Assembly (NCBI GenBank): GCA_944383935.1
Contig: CALWRK010000004.1
Location: 1 to 34,311, forward strand
Source of the DNA: an uncultured Clostridia bacterium
GTDB taxonomy: Bacteria > Bacillota > Clostridia > Christensenellales > UBA3700
Reading direction: 5' to 3'
DNA length: 34,311 nucleotides
Below the pieces are notes generated by a model. It was not told where the DNA came from. It worked only from the letters and a program-made list of their open reading frames with translations, and searched no databases. Of the stretch, positions 15,917 to 27,222 are shown piece by piece (position 1 is the first letter of the stretch; each line of letters starts with the position of its first letter). The translations under genes and the position numbers were made by a program.

Positions 15917-17395
15917 ATGTCTGTCGGAGCCATTACCGCCGCGGTAATATGCGGAATCTTATTGCTGTTTATTCTGATTTTGGTGTTGCGCGCACTGTTT
16001 TGCAAGAACAAAAACAGCGGATCTGAGTTCGAAAAGACGGAACACAGGTCTCCCGAAGCGGAAGAACGCATATCCGCCGCAATATCTTTCCCCACCATTT
16101 CCCAGGTAAGGGAAGAGGATGTGGATTGGGCTCAGTTTGAAAAATTCGAGCAATTTTTACAGGACGCTTATCCCAATATCCACTCCAAAATGGTCAAGAA
16201 GGTCATCTCCGGGCACGCCCTCACCTTTTTCCTGCCGGGCAGCGACCCCTCCTTGGAGCCGATCGCCATGCTGGCGCATCAAGACGTAGTGCCCGTAACT
16301 CCCGGTACCGAGAAAGATTGGACGCATCCGCCCTTTTCCGGCGAAAACGACGGGGAGTTCATCTGGGGACGCGGCGCGCTGGATATGAAAAATCATCTTA
16401 TAGCTGTCATGGAAGCTGCCGAAAGCCTGCTTGCCGTGGGCTTTGCTCCCAAGCGCGGACTCTATATACTGCTGGGCTGCAACGAAGAGATAGTGGCGAG
16501 CGAACACTCCTCCGCCAAGGCGATCGCGCAATATTTGCAGGACGCGGGCGTGCGCCTCAAATGCGTCGTGGACGAAGGCGGCGGCGTTATCCCGCTGAAA
16601 GTAAAGAAAATTATCGACAAAACGCTTGTGGGGATAGGCGTGGCGGAAAAGGGATATCTGGACGTGGAACTTTCGGTGGAAGCCAAGGGCGGACATTCCT
16701 CCGCGCCGCCCGCGCACACGGCGCTGGGCGTGCTCTCCAAAGCCATCTGCCGCATAGAAAAACATCCTTATAAGGCGAAAATGCCCTCATTTATCTACGA
16801 TATGCTCAATATTGTAGGAAAGGATGTGAAGAGTTTCCCCCTCCGCCTAATCACCTGCAATATGTGGCTCTTCCGCCCTCTTATCTCCTATGTGATGGGT
16901 AAAATCCCCGCCGCGGCCTCCGTGGTCAGGACGTGCACGGCGGTTACCATGTGCTCTGCTTCCACCGCGCCCAACGTGCTGCCCCAGCGCGCAAGGGCGG
17001 TGCTGAATATGCGCCTTATGCCGGGAGTGAGCGTGCAAGACGCGATGATGAGATTGAAGAAGATAATACGCGACGACAGGGTGAATTTGAAGGTGTTAAA
17101 GGCGAACGAGGCGCCTCCCGTGTCCTCTGCGGAAACGGATACCTATAAGTTGGCGGCAAAATTGCTGGGCGAAGGTTGCTCGGACAGAACCGTAGCGCCA
17201 TATATCGTAATGGGCGCCACCGATTCGCGCTATTACAGCCGGGTGTGCGACGAGATATATCGAATCTCTCCTTTTGAAACAGAGGTATCTCTCCTCTTGA
17301 CAACTCATGGTACGAATGAGCGCCTGCCCGTCAAATCTATAAGCACGGCGATAAAGTTCTTCCGCGATTTTATACAGATGCGCACCGCATATTGA
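15917..17395 (+). CDS. M20-family metallopeptidase (carboxypeptidase S/PM20D1-like) with an N-terminal membrane anchor
   Basis: LAHQDVVP, GRGALDMK, NEE, VDEGG, AEKG, GGHSS, ATDSR, HGTNE. AGGAGG RBS. Confidence 0.92.
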   Translation: MSVGAITAAVICGILLLFILILVLRALFCKNKNSGSEFEKTEHRSPEAEERISAAISFPTISQVREEDVDWAQFEKFEQFLQDAYPNIHSKMVKKVISGHALTFFLPGSDPSLEPIAMLAHQDVVPVTPGTEKDWTHPPFSGENDGEFIWGRGALDMKNHLIAVMEAAESLLAVGFAPKRGLYILLGCNEEIVASEHSSAKAIAQYLQDAGVRLKCVVDEGGGVIPLKVKKIIDKTLVGIGVAEKGYLDVELSVEAKGGHSSAPPAHTALGVLSKAICRIEKHPYKAKMPSFIYDMLNIVGKDVKSFPLRLITCNMWLFRPLISYVMGKIPAAASVVRTCTAVTMCSASTAPNVLPQRARAVLNMRLMPGVSVQDAMMRLKKIIRDDRVNLKVLKANEAPPVSSAETDTYKLAAKLLGEGCSDRTVAPYIVMGATDSRYYSRVCDEIYRISPFETEVSLLLTTHGTNERLPVKSISTAIKFFRDFIQMRTAY

Positions 17396-17415
17396 ACCTT
17401 TTTTCTCGTTTTTAG

Positions 17416-17436
17416 AAGGCGCATATTGCGCCTTTT
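17416..17436 (+). terminator. Intrinsic terminator after the peptidase gene
   Basis: aaggcgca-tat-tgcgcctttt. Confidence 0.7.
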
Positions 17437-17450
17437 GTCATTTTAAGCGC

Positions 17451-17530
17451 ACCTCTTAGCAAAATTTTACCGCCCGTTGACAAAATTTATACCCTCGCTA
17501 GTCGAAATTTTATGCCCGTTAGTCAAAATA
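17451..17530. repeat. Degenerate 21-22 bp tandem repeat (4 units) upstream of the groES promoter
   Basis: c(a/g)aaat anchors at 17460, 17481, 17503 and 17524; gcccgtt at 17472 and 17514. Confidence 0.6.
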
Positions 17531-17585
17531 AGAGTGGTAATGTGAATTTTTTCGGAAAAAATTATATAATTTTTACATAAACCTG

Positions 17586-17614
17586 TTTACATTGGCTTAT
17601 CGGCGTGCTATAAT
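17586..17614 (+). promoter_or_regulatory. SigA promoter of groES-groEL
   Basis: TTTACA-17 nt-TATAAT with an extended TG. Confidence 0.85.
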
Positions 17615-17617
17615 GAA

Positions 17618-17644
17618 TTAGCAGTCAGAAGGGTTGACTGCTAA
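17618..17644 (+). promoter_or_regulatory. CIRCE (HrcA operator), variant
   Basis: TTAGCAGTC-N9-GACTGCTAA versus consensus TTAGCACTC-N9-GAGTGCTAA. Perfect inverted repeat between the promoter and the groES RBS. Confidence 0.92.
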
Positions 17645-17677
17645 TTTGAGAAGAAAATACTTATTGGAGGTCTGAAT

Positions 17678-19608
<1,931 letters not shown>

Positions 19609-19627
19609 GATAAGTAATACAAAATAC

Positions 19628-19662
19628 AGCGGTTCGGAGGGTTCCCTTCGGACCGCTTTTTT
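19628..19662 (+). terminator. Intrinsic terminator after groEL
   Basis: agcggttcggaggg..cccttcggaccgct followed by a T tract. Confidence 0.85.
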
Positions 19663-19702
19663 ATGACGTCTAATTTTATTATACGTCCTTTTGAGCGCTA
19701 TA

Positions 19703-20197
19703 TCAGACGGATTTTTTTATCGCGGCGAGTCTGCCCTGCTCCGTTTCGTAGATTTCCGCGGCTTCGCCGAGGTAAGCGCCCAAATTGAGGTCGGCGGAAA
19801 GTCCCTCTTCTATCTTGCGCCTTGCGGTGGTTACGAAATCCTTGGCATTTTGCAACAGCGTCTTATCCACGGCGTTAGTCATGCTCTCGCAATAGCGCAC
19901 CCACTTTGAGCTGAAAATGGCGAGGCGCTCCCCTTCAAGGGCATAGCGCACCTTGGCGGTATATTCTATCTGCTTAGCCTTTTCCACCGCCTGCGTGATG
20001 GAGTTAGTTATACTCTCCTTTCTGGAAATATACTCTTGCAGCAGCTTTTCCTTGGCGGCAATTTCCGCCTTTAAGCTCTCTATCCTGTCCCTCTGCACCG
20101 CAAGCGAACGCTCGTAGTTCTTGGTGAGATTGAGTATGTACTCATCCACCTGTTTCCTGTCGTAGCCTTTGAATTTGGTTTCGAACTTATCCTGCAT
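19703..20197 (-). CDS. DivIVA-domain coiled-coil protein
   Basis: N-terminal KFETKFKGYDRKQVDEYI motif followed by a coiled coil. GGGAGG RBS. Confidence 0.8.
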   Translation of the reverse strand: MQDKFETKFKGYDRKQVDEYILNLTKNYERSLAVQRDRIESLKAEIAAKEKLLQEYISRKESITNSITQAVEKAKQIEYTAKVRYALEGERLAIFSSKWVRYCESMTNAVDKTLLQNAKDFVTTARRKIEEGLSADLNLGAYLGEAAEIYETEQGRLAAIKKSV

Positions 20198-20334
20198 ATT
20201 CTCTTATCCTCCCGCATATCTGTTCCGTCGACTTATATTATAATGTGCGGCAACCTTCCGCGAAAGCTCAAAAGCAGGTAGTTAAATGGAGTTTTGGGCG
20301 TTTTTTGTAGATATACGTCGATTTTTTAGCAAAC

Positions 20335-20363
20335 AAAAATGCGCCCCGCTAGGCAAGGCGCAT
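20335..20363 (-). terminator. Intrinsic terminator after pncB
   Basis: Minus strand atgcgccttg-cctag-cggggcgcat followed by a T tract. Confidence 0.75.
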
Positions 20364-20381
20364 ATTTTGCATGAATGTCTT

Positions 20382-21800
20382 TCAGTTGTTGATGAGTTCT
20401 TGTTTGAGGTCGTATAGCTTTTTAGACAAATCCACCTTATAAATGTGCGGATTGAGAATGCGCTTATAACTGTCATTGAACGCCGCAAAGGTTTGGGCAT
20501 GATATGCCGCGATCTCCTTGACCGTGGGGGAGGTATAGACCTGTTTACCCTCTTCGAACACGGGGACCATCAGCTCTTTGGCGGTAAAATCGGTGAGCGT
20601 CTTTTTCTTCCATGTGTATATGGGGTGGAATATCTCCACCTTGTCCGCTCCGATGTAATTTTCCTCTTTCAACGCGATGAGGTCGGCTATCGCCTCTCCC
20701 GTCTTGTTATCAAAAAAGCGCACTATCTTCTTTTCGCCGGGGTTGGTTATCTTCCCGGGAGTATCCGACTTTTTCAACTTGGGGACCATATTTCCGTCCT
20801 TATCTTCAATGGCTGCGAGTTTATATACCCCACCCAGGCTGGGGCAGTCCTCACTTGTGATGAGCTTCGTGCCTATCCCCCAAGTATCTATGCAGGCGCC
20901 CTGTGCGGCGAGCGATTGCACTACTTTTTCGTCCAGGTCACCGCTGGCGCATATCTTTACGTCCTTCAAGCCTGCGTCATCGAGCATACGGCGCGCTTCC
21001 CGGCTGAGGTAGGCAAGGTCGCCCGAATCCAGGCGGATACCTATGGGCTTATGCCCTTGCGCTATAAGCTCCTTAAATACCTTGATGGCATTGGGAACGC
21101 CGCTGCGCAGAGTGTCGTATGTGTCCACAAGCAGCATACACGCGTCGGGATAGATGTGCGCATATGCCTTAAAGGCTTCGTACTCGCTCGGGAAGCTCAT
21201 TACCCAGCTGTGGGAGTGTGTGCCGGAGATGGGCACGTTGAACATCTTGCCCGCAAGCACGTTGGAGGTAGAGGCGCATCCTGCTACGATAGCCGCCCTA
21301 GCGCCGTAAATTGCCGCGTCGGGACCCTGCGCACGGCGCAGGCCGAACTCCGCTACGCTGCCCTTTTTGGTTTCGTGAACTATCTTGCTCGCCTTGGTGG
21401 CGATGAGCGTTTGATGGTTGAGAATGCACAAAATAGCCGTTTCTATGAGTTGCGCTTCGAACAATCTCGCCTTTACGGTGAGGATGGGCTCCTGAGGGAA
21501 GATGACGTCGCCTTCACGCACGGCATAGATACTGCCGGTGAACTTGAAATCTTTGAGCAAGGACAAGAATTGCTCGTCGAAGATGCCCAAAGAACGCAGG
21601 TATGCGATGTCTTCATCGGTAAATTTGAGGTTGTTGATGTAGTCGATGACCTGTTCCAAACCGCAGGCGATAGCGTAGTTATTGTTCACGCCGCGATAGA
21701 ACACGTCGAATACCGACATCTTATCCATCTGCCCCGTCTTGCTGTAACCGTTGAGCATGGTCAGCTGATAGAGGTCGGTCAATAATGTTAAGTTTCTCAC
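20382..21800 (-). CDS. pncB: Nicotinate phosphoribosyltransferase
   Basis: LLTDLYQLTM, EFGLRRAQG, GTHSHS, LVDTYD, IRLDSGD, GGVYKL. GTG start overlaps the lgt stop. Confidence 0.97.
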   Translation of the reverse strand: MRNLTLLTDLYQLTMLNGYSKTGQMDKMSVFDVFYRGVNNNYAIACGLEQVIDYINNLKFTDEDIAYLRSLGIFDEQFLSLLKDFKFTGSIYAVREGDVIFPQEPILTVKARLFEAQLIETAILCILNHQTLIATKASKIVHETKKGSVAEFGLRRAQGPDAAIYGARAAIVAGCASTSNVLAGKMFNVPISGTHSHSWVMSFPSEYEAFKAYAHIYPDACMLLVDTYDTLRSGVPNAIKVFKELIAQGHKPIGIRLDSGDLAYLSREARRMLDDAGLKDVKICASGDLDEKVVQSLAAQGACIDTWGIGTKLITSEDCPSLGGVYKLAAIEDKDGNMVPKLKKSDTPGKITNPGEKKIVRFFDNKTGEAIADLIALKEENYIGADKVEIFHPIYTWKKKTLTDFTAKELMVPVFEEGKQVYTSPTVKEIAAYHAQTFAAFNDSYKRILNPHIYKVDLSKKLYDLKQELINN

Positions 21801-22705
21801 TCTTTCTCCTCCGCCTCGATTACTTCACAATTGCCGTCTACGTTGTAAAAGGCGGTGCAATCGGGATTCGGGGCCTTGTTGTATTTATCCAAAAATTTGA
21901 AGTTTATTATCCCCTTGGCATATAGAGCGATGATTATCGCGCATATCGCAGCCACGCAATAGCAGATGACTTGCACTATTCCCACGTCCGTGCCGGGAAA
22001 TGTGGCGTGCTCCATCTTCAAAAATTCGAGCGAACCGCGCACCACTCCGTACCAAAGCAGGTAGAAGATGCCTATCATGAGCGGCTTGCGCTTGTCTATC
22101 TTATAATGGAACATGGTGAGCCCTATGCACAGACCGATAAAGTTGAGCACCCCTTCATAGAAGAAGAGTGCGCAATGCCAGCTTTGAGTTGCGTCTATGA
22201 ATACGGCAAAGGGGAAAAATTGCAGACTTTCATCGGTGATTTCCAGCCCGTACAACTCTTGGTTAAAGTAGTTCCCCCACCTGCCCATGATCTGTCCTAC
22301 GAATACCGCCAGCACGACCAAATCTGCCGTGCGCGCGAAACTGTACATCTTGTTCCTAAGGCAGCAGCAGATTATGCCGAGCACGCCGCCGAAGATGCCG
22401 CCGATTATCGTAAGTCCGCCCTGGCGCAGGTTGAATATCTCCGCCCACCCTTCCGCCGTGGTCAAATCGTAGGTGGTGCCTATCCTGGGCACTACATAGA
22501 ACACCCTGCAAAAGATGACCGCCAATATCACCACCCATAAAAACAGCTCCAAGGCAAAATCCATGCCTATACCGCGCTTGCTCAGCAGGACGGAGACCAA
22601 GGCAAAAGCCAGCAACAGCCCCATGGTTATCATGATGGCATACCAGTATATGTCCAAGCCGCCTATGGTGAATGCCACCCTACCGGGTGCAGAAAGCAAA
22701 TTCAT
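21797..22705 (-). CDS. lgt: Prolipoprotein diacylglyceryl transferase (302 aa)
   Basis: IYWYAIM, RVFYV, GGLTIIGG, GQIMGRWGNYFNQELYG, YEG. ATG 22705 overlaps the galK stop (TGATG). Confidence 0.94.
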   Translation of the reverse strand: MNLLSAPGRVAFTIGGLDIYWYAIMITMGLLLAFALVSVLLSKRGIGMDFALELFLWVVILAVIFCRVFYVVPRIGTTYDLTTAEGWAEIFNLRQGGLTIIGGIFGGVLGIICCCLRNKMYSFARTADLVVLAVFVGQIMGRWGNYFNQELYGLEITDESLQFFPFAVFIDATQSWHCALFFYEGVLNFIGLCIGLTMFHYKIDKRKPLMIGIFYLLWYGVVRGSLEFLKMEHATFPGTDVGIVQVICYCVAAICAIIIALYAKGIINFKFLDKYNKAPNPDCTAFYNVDGNCEVIEAEEKE

Positions 22706-23964
22706 CAGATATTCACCTTGCACGCACCCACGTTGCGCACGTTCACCTCAAATACATTCTCTTTTCCGAAGATGCCCGCCATATACTCGATATATTTATC
22801 CGTTCTCTTCTTGTCCACAAAGGCGAGGATGGTCCCGGCAAAACCGCCGCCGTGCACCCTGACCGCCTTTACGCCCTTAAAGCGCTTGCTGAGATTTATA
22901 CCCAGCGGTACGCGCTGAGCCACGTCGCCCTCGGGATAGCAGTTTTGCAGAAGCATATAAGATGAAAGCCCGCTCTCGTTTATGACTTTCGCAAAAGCCG
23001 CCTCATCACCCTTCTTCACCGCGTCCGCGCCGGCATCTACGCGCTTGTTTTCGTCGTAGAAGTGCATTGCGCGCAAGATAGCCCTGCCGCTGACTTCTTC
23101 TTGCAAGGCGGGAATTTGCTCATAGAAGTGCTCCTCGTCCACTTCGCGCAGCGTTTTTCCGCCCAATTTGCCGGCAACAAGTTCCATCTCGCGGCGAATA
23201 GCGGCATAGTTGTCCGTCAAATTACAGTGGTCGCCGCCCGTATTGGTGATGACTATGTCCATATCCTCGAACTTCCAGCTTATGCTCTCCACCTCAGGGT
23301 CGACGGTGGATTTGAAGTCTATGTAGCTTACGCCGCCCAAGGCGATCGCGCTCTGATCGAGCAAGCCGCTGGGCTTACCGAAGTAGACGTTTTCCGCATA
23401 GTAGGAAGCCTTTGCCTTGTCCATGGCGCCCAGAATGCCGCCGTTGTAAAGGCAGTTGAGAATTTCGCATATGAGCAGTTCAAAACTGGCGGAAGAAGAT
23501 ACGCCCGCGCCCTTGAATACGTTGCTCTGGGTGGTGGCTTTGAAGCCGCCCACCTTCCAGCCGTGATCGAGATAATAGCGGCATATGCCCTTTATTATGG
23601 CGGTGGAATCGCCCTCTTCTTCCTTTATCTTGGTCAGATCCGCCACGTTTACGCATACGGGGGGATAGCCCACGGAATCCACTACTATCACTCCGTCGTC
23701 CGTCTTGGTAACGCAAGCGAGAGTGTCCACGCTGATGGACGCGCACAAAACCTTGCCGTTGTTGTGGTCGGTATGGTTGCCGCATACCTCTATCCTGCCG
23801 GGAGAGGAGAAGAACACCCCATCACCGTACTTGGCAGCGTGCAAATTTGCAAGCGTGGCGTAACGTTCCGCCGCCTGAGTTGCGTCCGCACCAGGGTTAA
23901 GGCGAGCAACTTCGCCCTTGAATGCATCTATTGCCAGAAAGGTCTTTGCGCTTTTTTCGCTCAT
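22705..23964 (-). CDS. galK: Galactokinase (GHMP family)
   Basis: SPGRIEVCGNHTDH, GAGVSSSAS, GKPSGLLDQ, RVHGGGFAG. Divergent from galT. Confidence 0.9.
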   Translation of the reverse strand: MSEKSAKTFLAIDAFKGEVARLNPGADATQAAERYATLANLHAAKYGDGVFFSSPGRIEVCGNHTDHNNGKVLCASISVDTLACVTKTDDGVIVVDSVGYPPVCVNVADLTKIKEEEGDSTAIIKGICRYYLDHGWKVGGFKATTQSNVFKGAGVSSSASFELLICEILNCLYNGGILGAMDKAKASYYAENVYFGKPSGLLDQSAIALGGVSYIDFKSTVDPEVESISWKFEDMDIVITNTGGDHCNLTDNYAAIRREMELVAGKLGGKTLREVDEEHFYEQIPALQEEVSGRAILRAMHFYDENKRVDAGADAVKKGDEAAFAKVINESGLSSYMLLQNCYPEGDVAQRVPLGINLSKRFKGVKAVRVHGGGFAGTILAFVDKKRTDKYIEYMAGIFGKENVFEVNVRNVGACKVNI

Positions 23965-23992
23965 AATGTCACCTCTTTGTTTTGTTAGTAAG

Positions 23993-24022
23993 ATTATACC
24001 ACATCAAACGCGAATTTGTAAA
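23993..24022 (-). promoter_or_regulatory. SigA-type promoter of galK-lgt-pncB
   Basis: TTTACA-18 nt-TATAAT with an extended TG. Confidence 0.7.
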
Positions 24023-24074
24023 TATATAATAGGTATTATAAATAATATTTGCGCGCGCGATATAAGTAAAACTC

Positions 24075-24103
24075 TTGCAAATTATCGGCGGAAGACTTAT
24101 AAT
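24075..24103 (+). promoter_or_regulatory. SigA-type promoter of galT
   Basis: TTGCAA-17 nt-TATAAT. Confidence 0.75.
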
Positions 24104-24150
24104 ATATATGGTCAAGCTATACACGCTTAAATACATTTACGAGGATTTTT

Positions 24151-25683
24151 ATGTTGACGGAAGACGAACTCAGAGTAAAAGTGAGCGAGCTCATCGCATA
24201 CGCACGCGATCACATCTCCATGAACGAAGCCAATAGGATATATCTTACCAACGTCCTGCTGGACTTCTTCAAACTGACGCATCCCGCGCCTATTCCGCAG
24301 ACTTACGGCGATTTTCAGACGGAAATAGTCGACCCTCTGGTCAAGCACGCCATAGATACGGGAATGGCAAAGCCCGAAGAATGGCTCTTGTTCGAAACCA
24401 AGCTGCTGGGCATTGTCACCCCCGTCCCTTCGGAAGTGATAGCGCAATTTGACGCGATAGCGGGAAATAAAAGCGTAAAGGACGCCACCACATGGCTGTT
24501 TGAGCTGAGCAAAGCGAATAACTACATTCGTATGCCCGACATCAAGAAGAATATCAAATGGTCGCACGACGGCAGTTTCGGAAATATTGACATAACGATA
24601 AACCTCTCCAAACCGGAGAAAGATCCCAAGGCGATTGCGGCGGCGAAACTGCTACCCAAGACGGGGTATCCCGCCTGTATGCTCTGCCCCGAGAACGTGG
24701 GCTTTGCGGGAAACCTCAATCATCCCGCCCGTCAGACGCTGCGCACCATTCCCATAGAATTGGACGGCGAACCGTGGGAACTGCAATATTCCCCCTATCA
24801 GTACTACACAGAACACGTCATAGCATTTTCTTGCGAACATCGTCCCATGGCGGTGACCGACGCGGCTTTCAGAAGGCTTTTGGATTTCGTGGACCTGTTC
24901 CCCCACTACTTCATCGGCTCCAATGCCGCACTTCCCATAGTGGGCGGCTCCATCCTCACGCACGACCATTACCAGGGCGGCGCAAAGGTACTGCCCATGA
25001 TGACGCGCGGATATCGCAAGACGTATAAGTGCGTACAATACCCCGACGTGGAGATAGGCATTCTCGACTGGTATAACTCAGTGGTAAGAATTAAGGGCGA
25101 GGACCGCGAGGGAGTGTATAATATGGCAAAGAGAGTGTTGGATACCTGGTTTAATTGGACGGACGAAGAGTCTGACGTCATATGCGCGACCACCGAACAG
25201 CACAACGCCATTACCCCCATCTGCCGCAACAACGACGGGGAATATGTGTTCGACTTGATTCTGCGCAACAACCGTACGGACGAAAAGCACCCTTACGGTA
25301 TCTTCCACCCCGATGAGAGTATGCACAACATAAAGAAAGAAGGTATAGGCATAATAGAGGTCATGGGTCTGTTCATCCTGCCCGGTAGATTGAAAAAGGA
25401 ACTTGCCGAGGTGGAAAAATACCTCACTGGAGAGAATATGCTTGACCTAAAGAGTCTTTCCGATCAGGAAAATCCCATGAGCAAGCACGCACAGATGATC
25501 TTGCAGCTGGTAAACGACAACGGCAACGCAAACGCCCCTGCCCGCGCGCAGAAGCTGGTTACGGACTATGTGAACTTGACCTGCGAGAAGATCTTGGAGT
25601 GCACGGGCGTATTCAAGAACACCGAGGTAGGTCAGAAGTGCTTTGACAGGTTTATGAAAGAGGGCTTGAACCTGGCGGAATAA
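24151..25683 (+). CDS. galT: Galactose-1-phosphate uridylyltransferase, type II (Firmicutes type)
   Basis: ITINLSKPEKDPK, YPACMLC, HPARQ, YSPY, GGSILTHDHYQGG, HNIKKEGIGIIEVMGL. Confidence 0.96.
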   Translation: MLTEDELRVKVSELIAYARDHISMNEANRIYLTNVLLDFFKLTHPAPIPQTYGDFQTEIVDPLVKHAIDTGMAKPEEWLLFETKLLGIVTPVPSEVIAQFDAIAGNKSVKDATTWLFELSKANNYIRMPDIKKNIKWSHDGSFGNIDITINLSKPEKDPKAIAAAKLLPKTGYPACMLCPENVGFAGNLNHPARQTLRTIPIELDGEPWELQYSPYQYYTEHVIAFSCEHRPMAVTDAAFRRLLDFVDLFPHYFIGSNAALPIVGGSILTHDHYQGGAKVLPMMTRGYRKTYKCVQYPDVEIGILDWYNSVVRIKGEDREGVYNMAKRVLDTWFNWTDEESDVICATTEQHNAITPICRNNDGEYVFDLILRNNRTDEKHPYGIFHPDESMHNIKKEGIGIIEVMGLFILPGRLKKELAEVEKYLTGENMLDLKSLSDQENPMSKHAQMILQLVNDNGNANAPARAQKLVTDYVNLTCEKILECTGVFKNTEVGQKCFDRFMKEGLNLAE

Positions 25684-25716
25684 TATTTCCCCTTGAACAT
25701 CCGCTCCTATGAGCAC

Positions 25717-25745
25717 GGGCACGGCAAAAAGCCGTGCCCTCTTTT
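25717..25745 (+). terminator. Intrinsic terminator after galT
   Basis: gggcacggc-aaaaa-gccgtgccc-tctttt. Confidence 0.8.
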
Positions 25746-25765
25746 ATTACACTTATACGATATGT

Positions 25766-25791
25766 AAAAAAGGGACCGCAAACGCGGCCCC
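25766..25791 (-). terminator. Intrinsic terminator of the decarboxylase operon
   Basis: Minus strand gggccgc-gttt-gcggtccc-tttttt. Confidence 0.75.
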
Positions 25792-25811
25792 GTATTTTAC
25801 GCAAGTTCTTG

Positions 25812-27203
25812 TTACACGGGCATTATCTTCTGCTCTATGCTGCCCACTTCCGTATCCACATGATGCTTGTTGGCTTGACGATACTTGAAGTAGTTGGTGG
25901 CAACCTGAGGGAAGAGTGCATAGGAGAGTACGTCTTCGTCCTGCTCCACATACTCCGCACACTCCGCGCGATACTTGTCCAACTCGGGTTCAAGCAGGTC
26001 GGCGGGACGGCAGGTTATGCGCTTTTCGTTGCCGATAGCCTTCTTGACCACTTCGGGGTTGGGTTCTGCCGGCAGCTTGCCGTACTCGCCGCGGAGCACG
26101 CCCTTGGTTTCCGAAGATACCACCTTGTACCTCTCCTTGTAGAACACGTTGAATACCGCCTGTGTGCCGACGATCTGGCTGGTGGGGGTGACGAGAGGCG
26201 GATAGCCGAGGTCTGCCCTCACGCGGGGCACTTCTTTGAGCACTTCGTCGTAGAGATCGGAAGCGTTGAGCTGTTTGAGCTGGTTGACCAGGTTAGAAAG
26301 CATTCCGCCGGGCACCTGATAGATGAGCGCGTTGACGTCCGTCTGCAAGGACTTATCCGTGAGGAAACCGTCCGCTTTAAGCCTTGCCGCCACCTTCTTG
26401 AAGTGTTCGGTCAGCTCGTTGAGTTTGAGCAGATCCAACTTGGTGTCGTAAGGAGTGCCGGCGAGCGCTGCCACCATGGGCTCAGTTGCGGGCTGAGATG
26501 TGCCGTTGCCCAGAGGCGAAAGCGCGCAGTCGATGATGTCCACTCCCGCTTCTATGGCTTTGAGGTAGGTCAAATTGCCCGTGCCCGCCGTCTGGTGAGT
26601 GTGCAGGTGAATGGGCACCTTTACCGAAGCTTTGAGCGCCTTGACCAACTCGTATGCGTTGTAAGGGAGCAATATGCCCGCCATATCCTTGATACAGATG
26701 ACGTCCGCGCCCATCTTTTCCAACTTCTTTGCAAGTTCCACGAAGTATTCGTTGGTGTGCACGGGAGAAGTGGTGTAGCTGAACGCCGCTTCGCATACGC
26801 CGCCGTACTTTTTGCACGCCTTCATCGCCCTTTCCATATTGCGGGGATCGTTGAGTGCGTCGAAAATACGCATTACGGTGATACCGTTTTGGATGGACTT
26901 CTTGACAAATTCGTCCACCACGTCGTCGGCATAGTGCTTATAGCCGAGCAGATTCTGTCCGCGCAGGAGCATCTGCAACGGAGTCTTGGGCATAGCCTCT
27001 TTCAGCTTGCGCAACCTCGTCCAAGGATCTTCGTTGAGGAAGCGCAGGCAGCTGTCGAAGGTGGCGCCGCCCCAGCACTCTATAGAATAGTAACCTATCT
27101 TGTCGAGCTTATCTGCAACGGGGAGCATTTCGTCCAATCTCATGCGGGTAGCCGCCTGCGACTGGTGCGCGTCTCTTAAAATAGTTTCTGTTATCTTTAC
27201 CAT
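25812..27203 (-). CDS. oadA: Oxaloacetate decarboxylase alpha / transcarboxylase 5S-like carboxyltransferase (no biotinyl domain)
   Basis: LRDAHQS, WGGATFD, LLRGQN, CIKDMAG, HLHTH, QVPGGM, YPPLVTPTSQIVG; no AMKM motif. Confidence 0.92.
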   Translation of the reverse strand: MVKITETILRDAHQSQAATRMRLDEMLPVADKLDKIGYYSIECWGGATFDSCLRFLNEDPWTRLRKLKEAMPKTPLQMLLRGQNLLGYKHYADDVVDEFVKKSIQNGITVMRIFDALNDPRNMERAMKACKKYGGVCEAAFSYTTSPVHTNEYFVELAKKLEKMGADVICIKDMAGILLPYNAYELVKALKASVKVPIHLHTHQTAGTGNLTYLKAIEAGVDIIDCALSPLGNGTSQPATEPMVAALAGTPYDTKLDLLKLNELTEHFKKVAARLKADGFLTDKSLQTDVNALIYQVPGGMLSNLVNQLKQLNASDLYDEVLKEVPRVRADLGYPPLVTPTSQIVGTQAVFNVFYKERYKVVSSETKGVLRGEYGKLPAEPNPEVVKKAIGNEKRITCRPADLLEPELDKYRAECAEYVEQDEDVLSYALFPQVATNYFKYRQANKHHVDTEVGSIEQKIMPV

Positions 27204-27222
27204 AATTTACCTCTTTTACCTT

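Noticed and set aside
17451-17530. CRISPR array or canonical CtsR box
   Set aside because: The units are contiguous and degenerate with no spacers and no cas genes; there is only one CtsR half-site.
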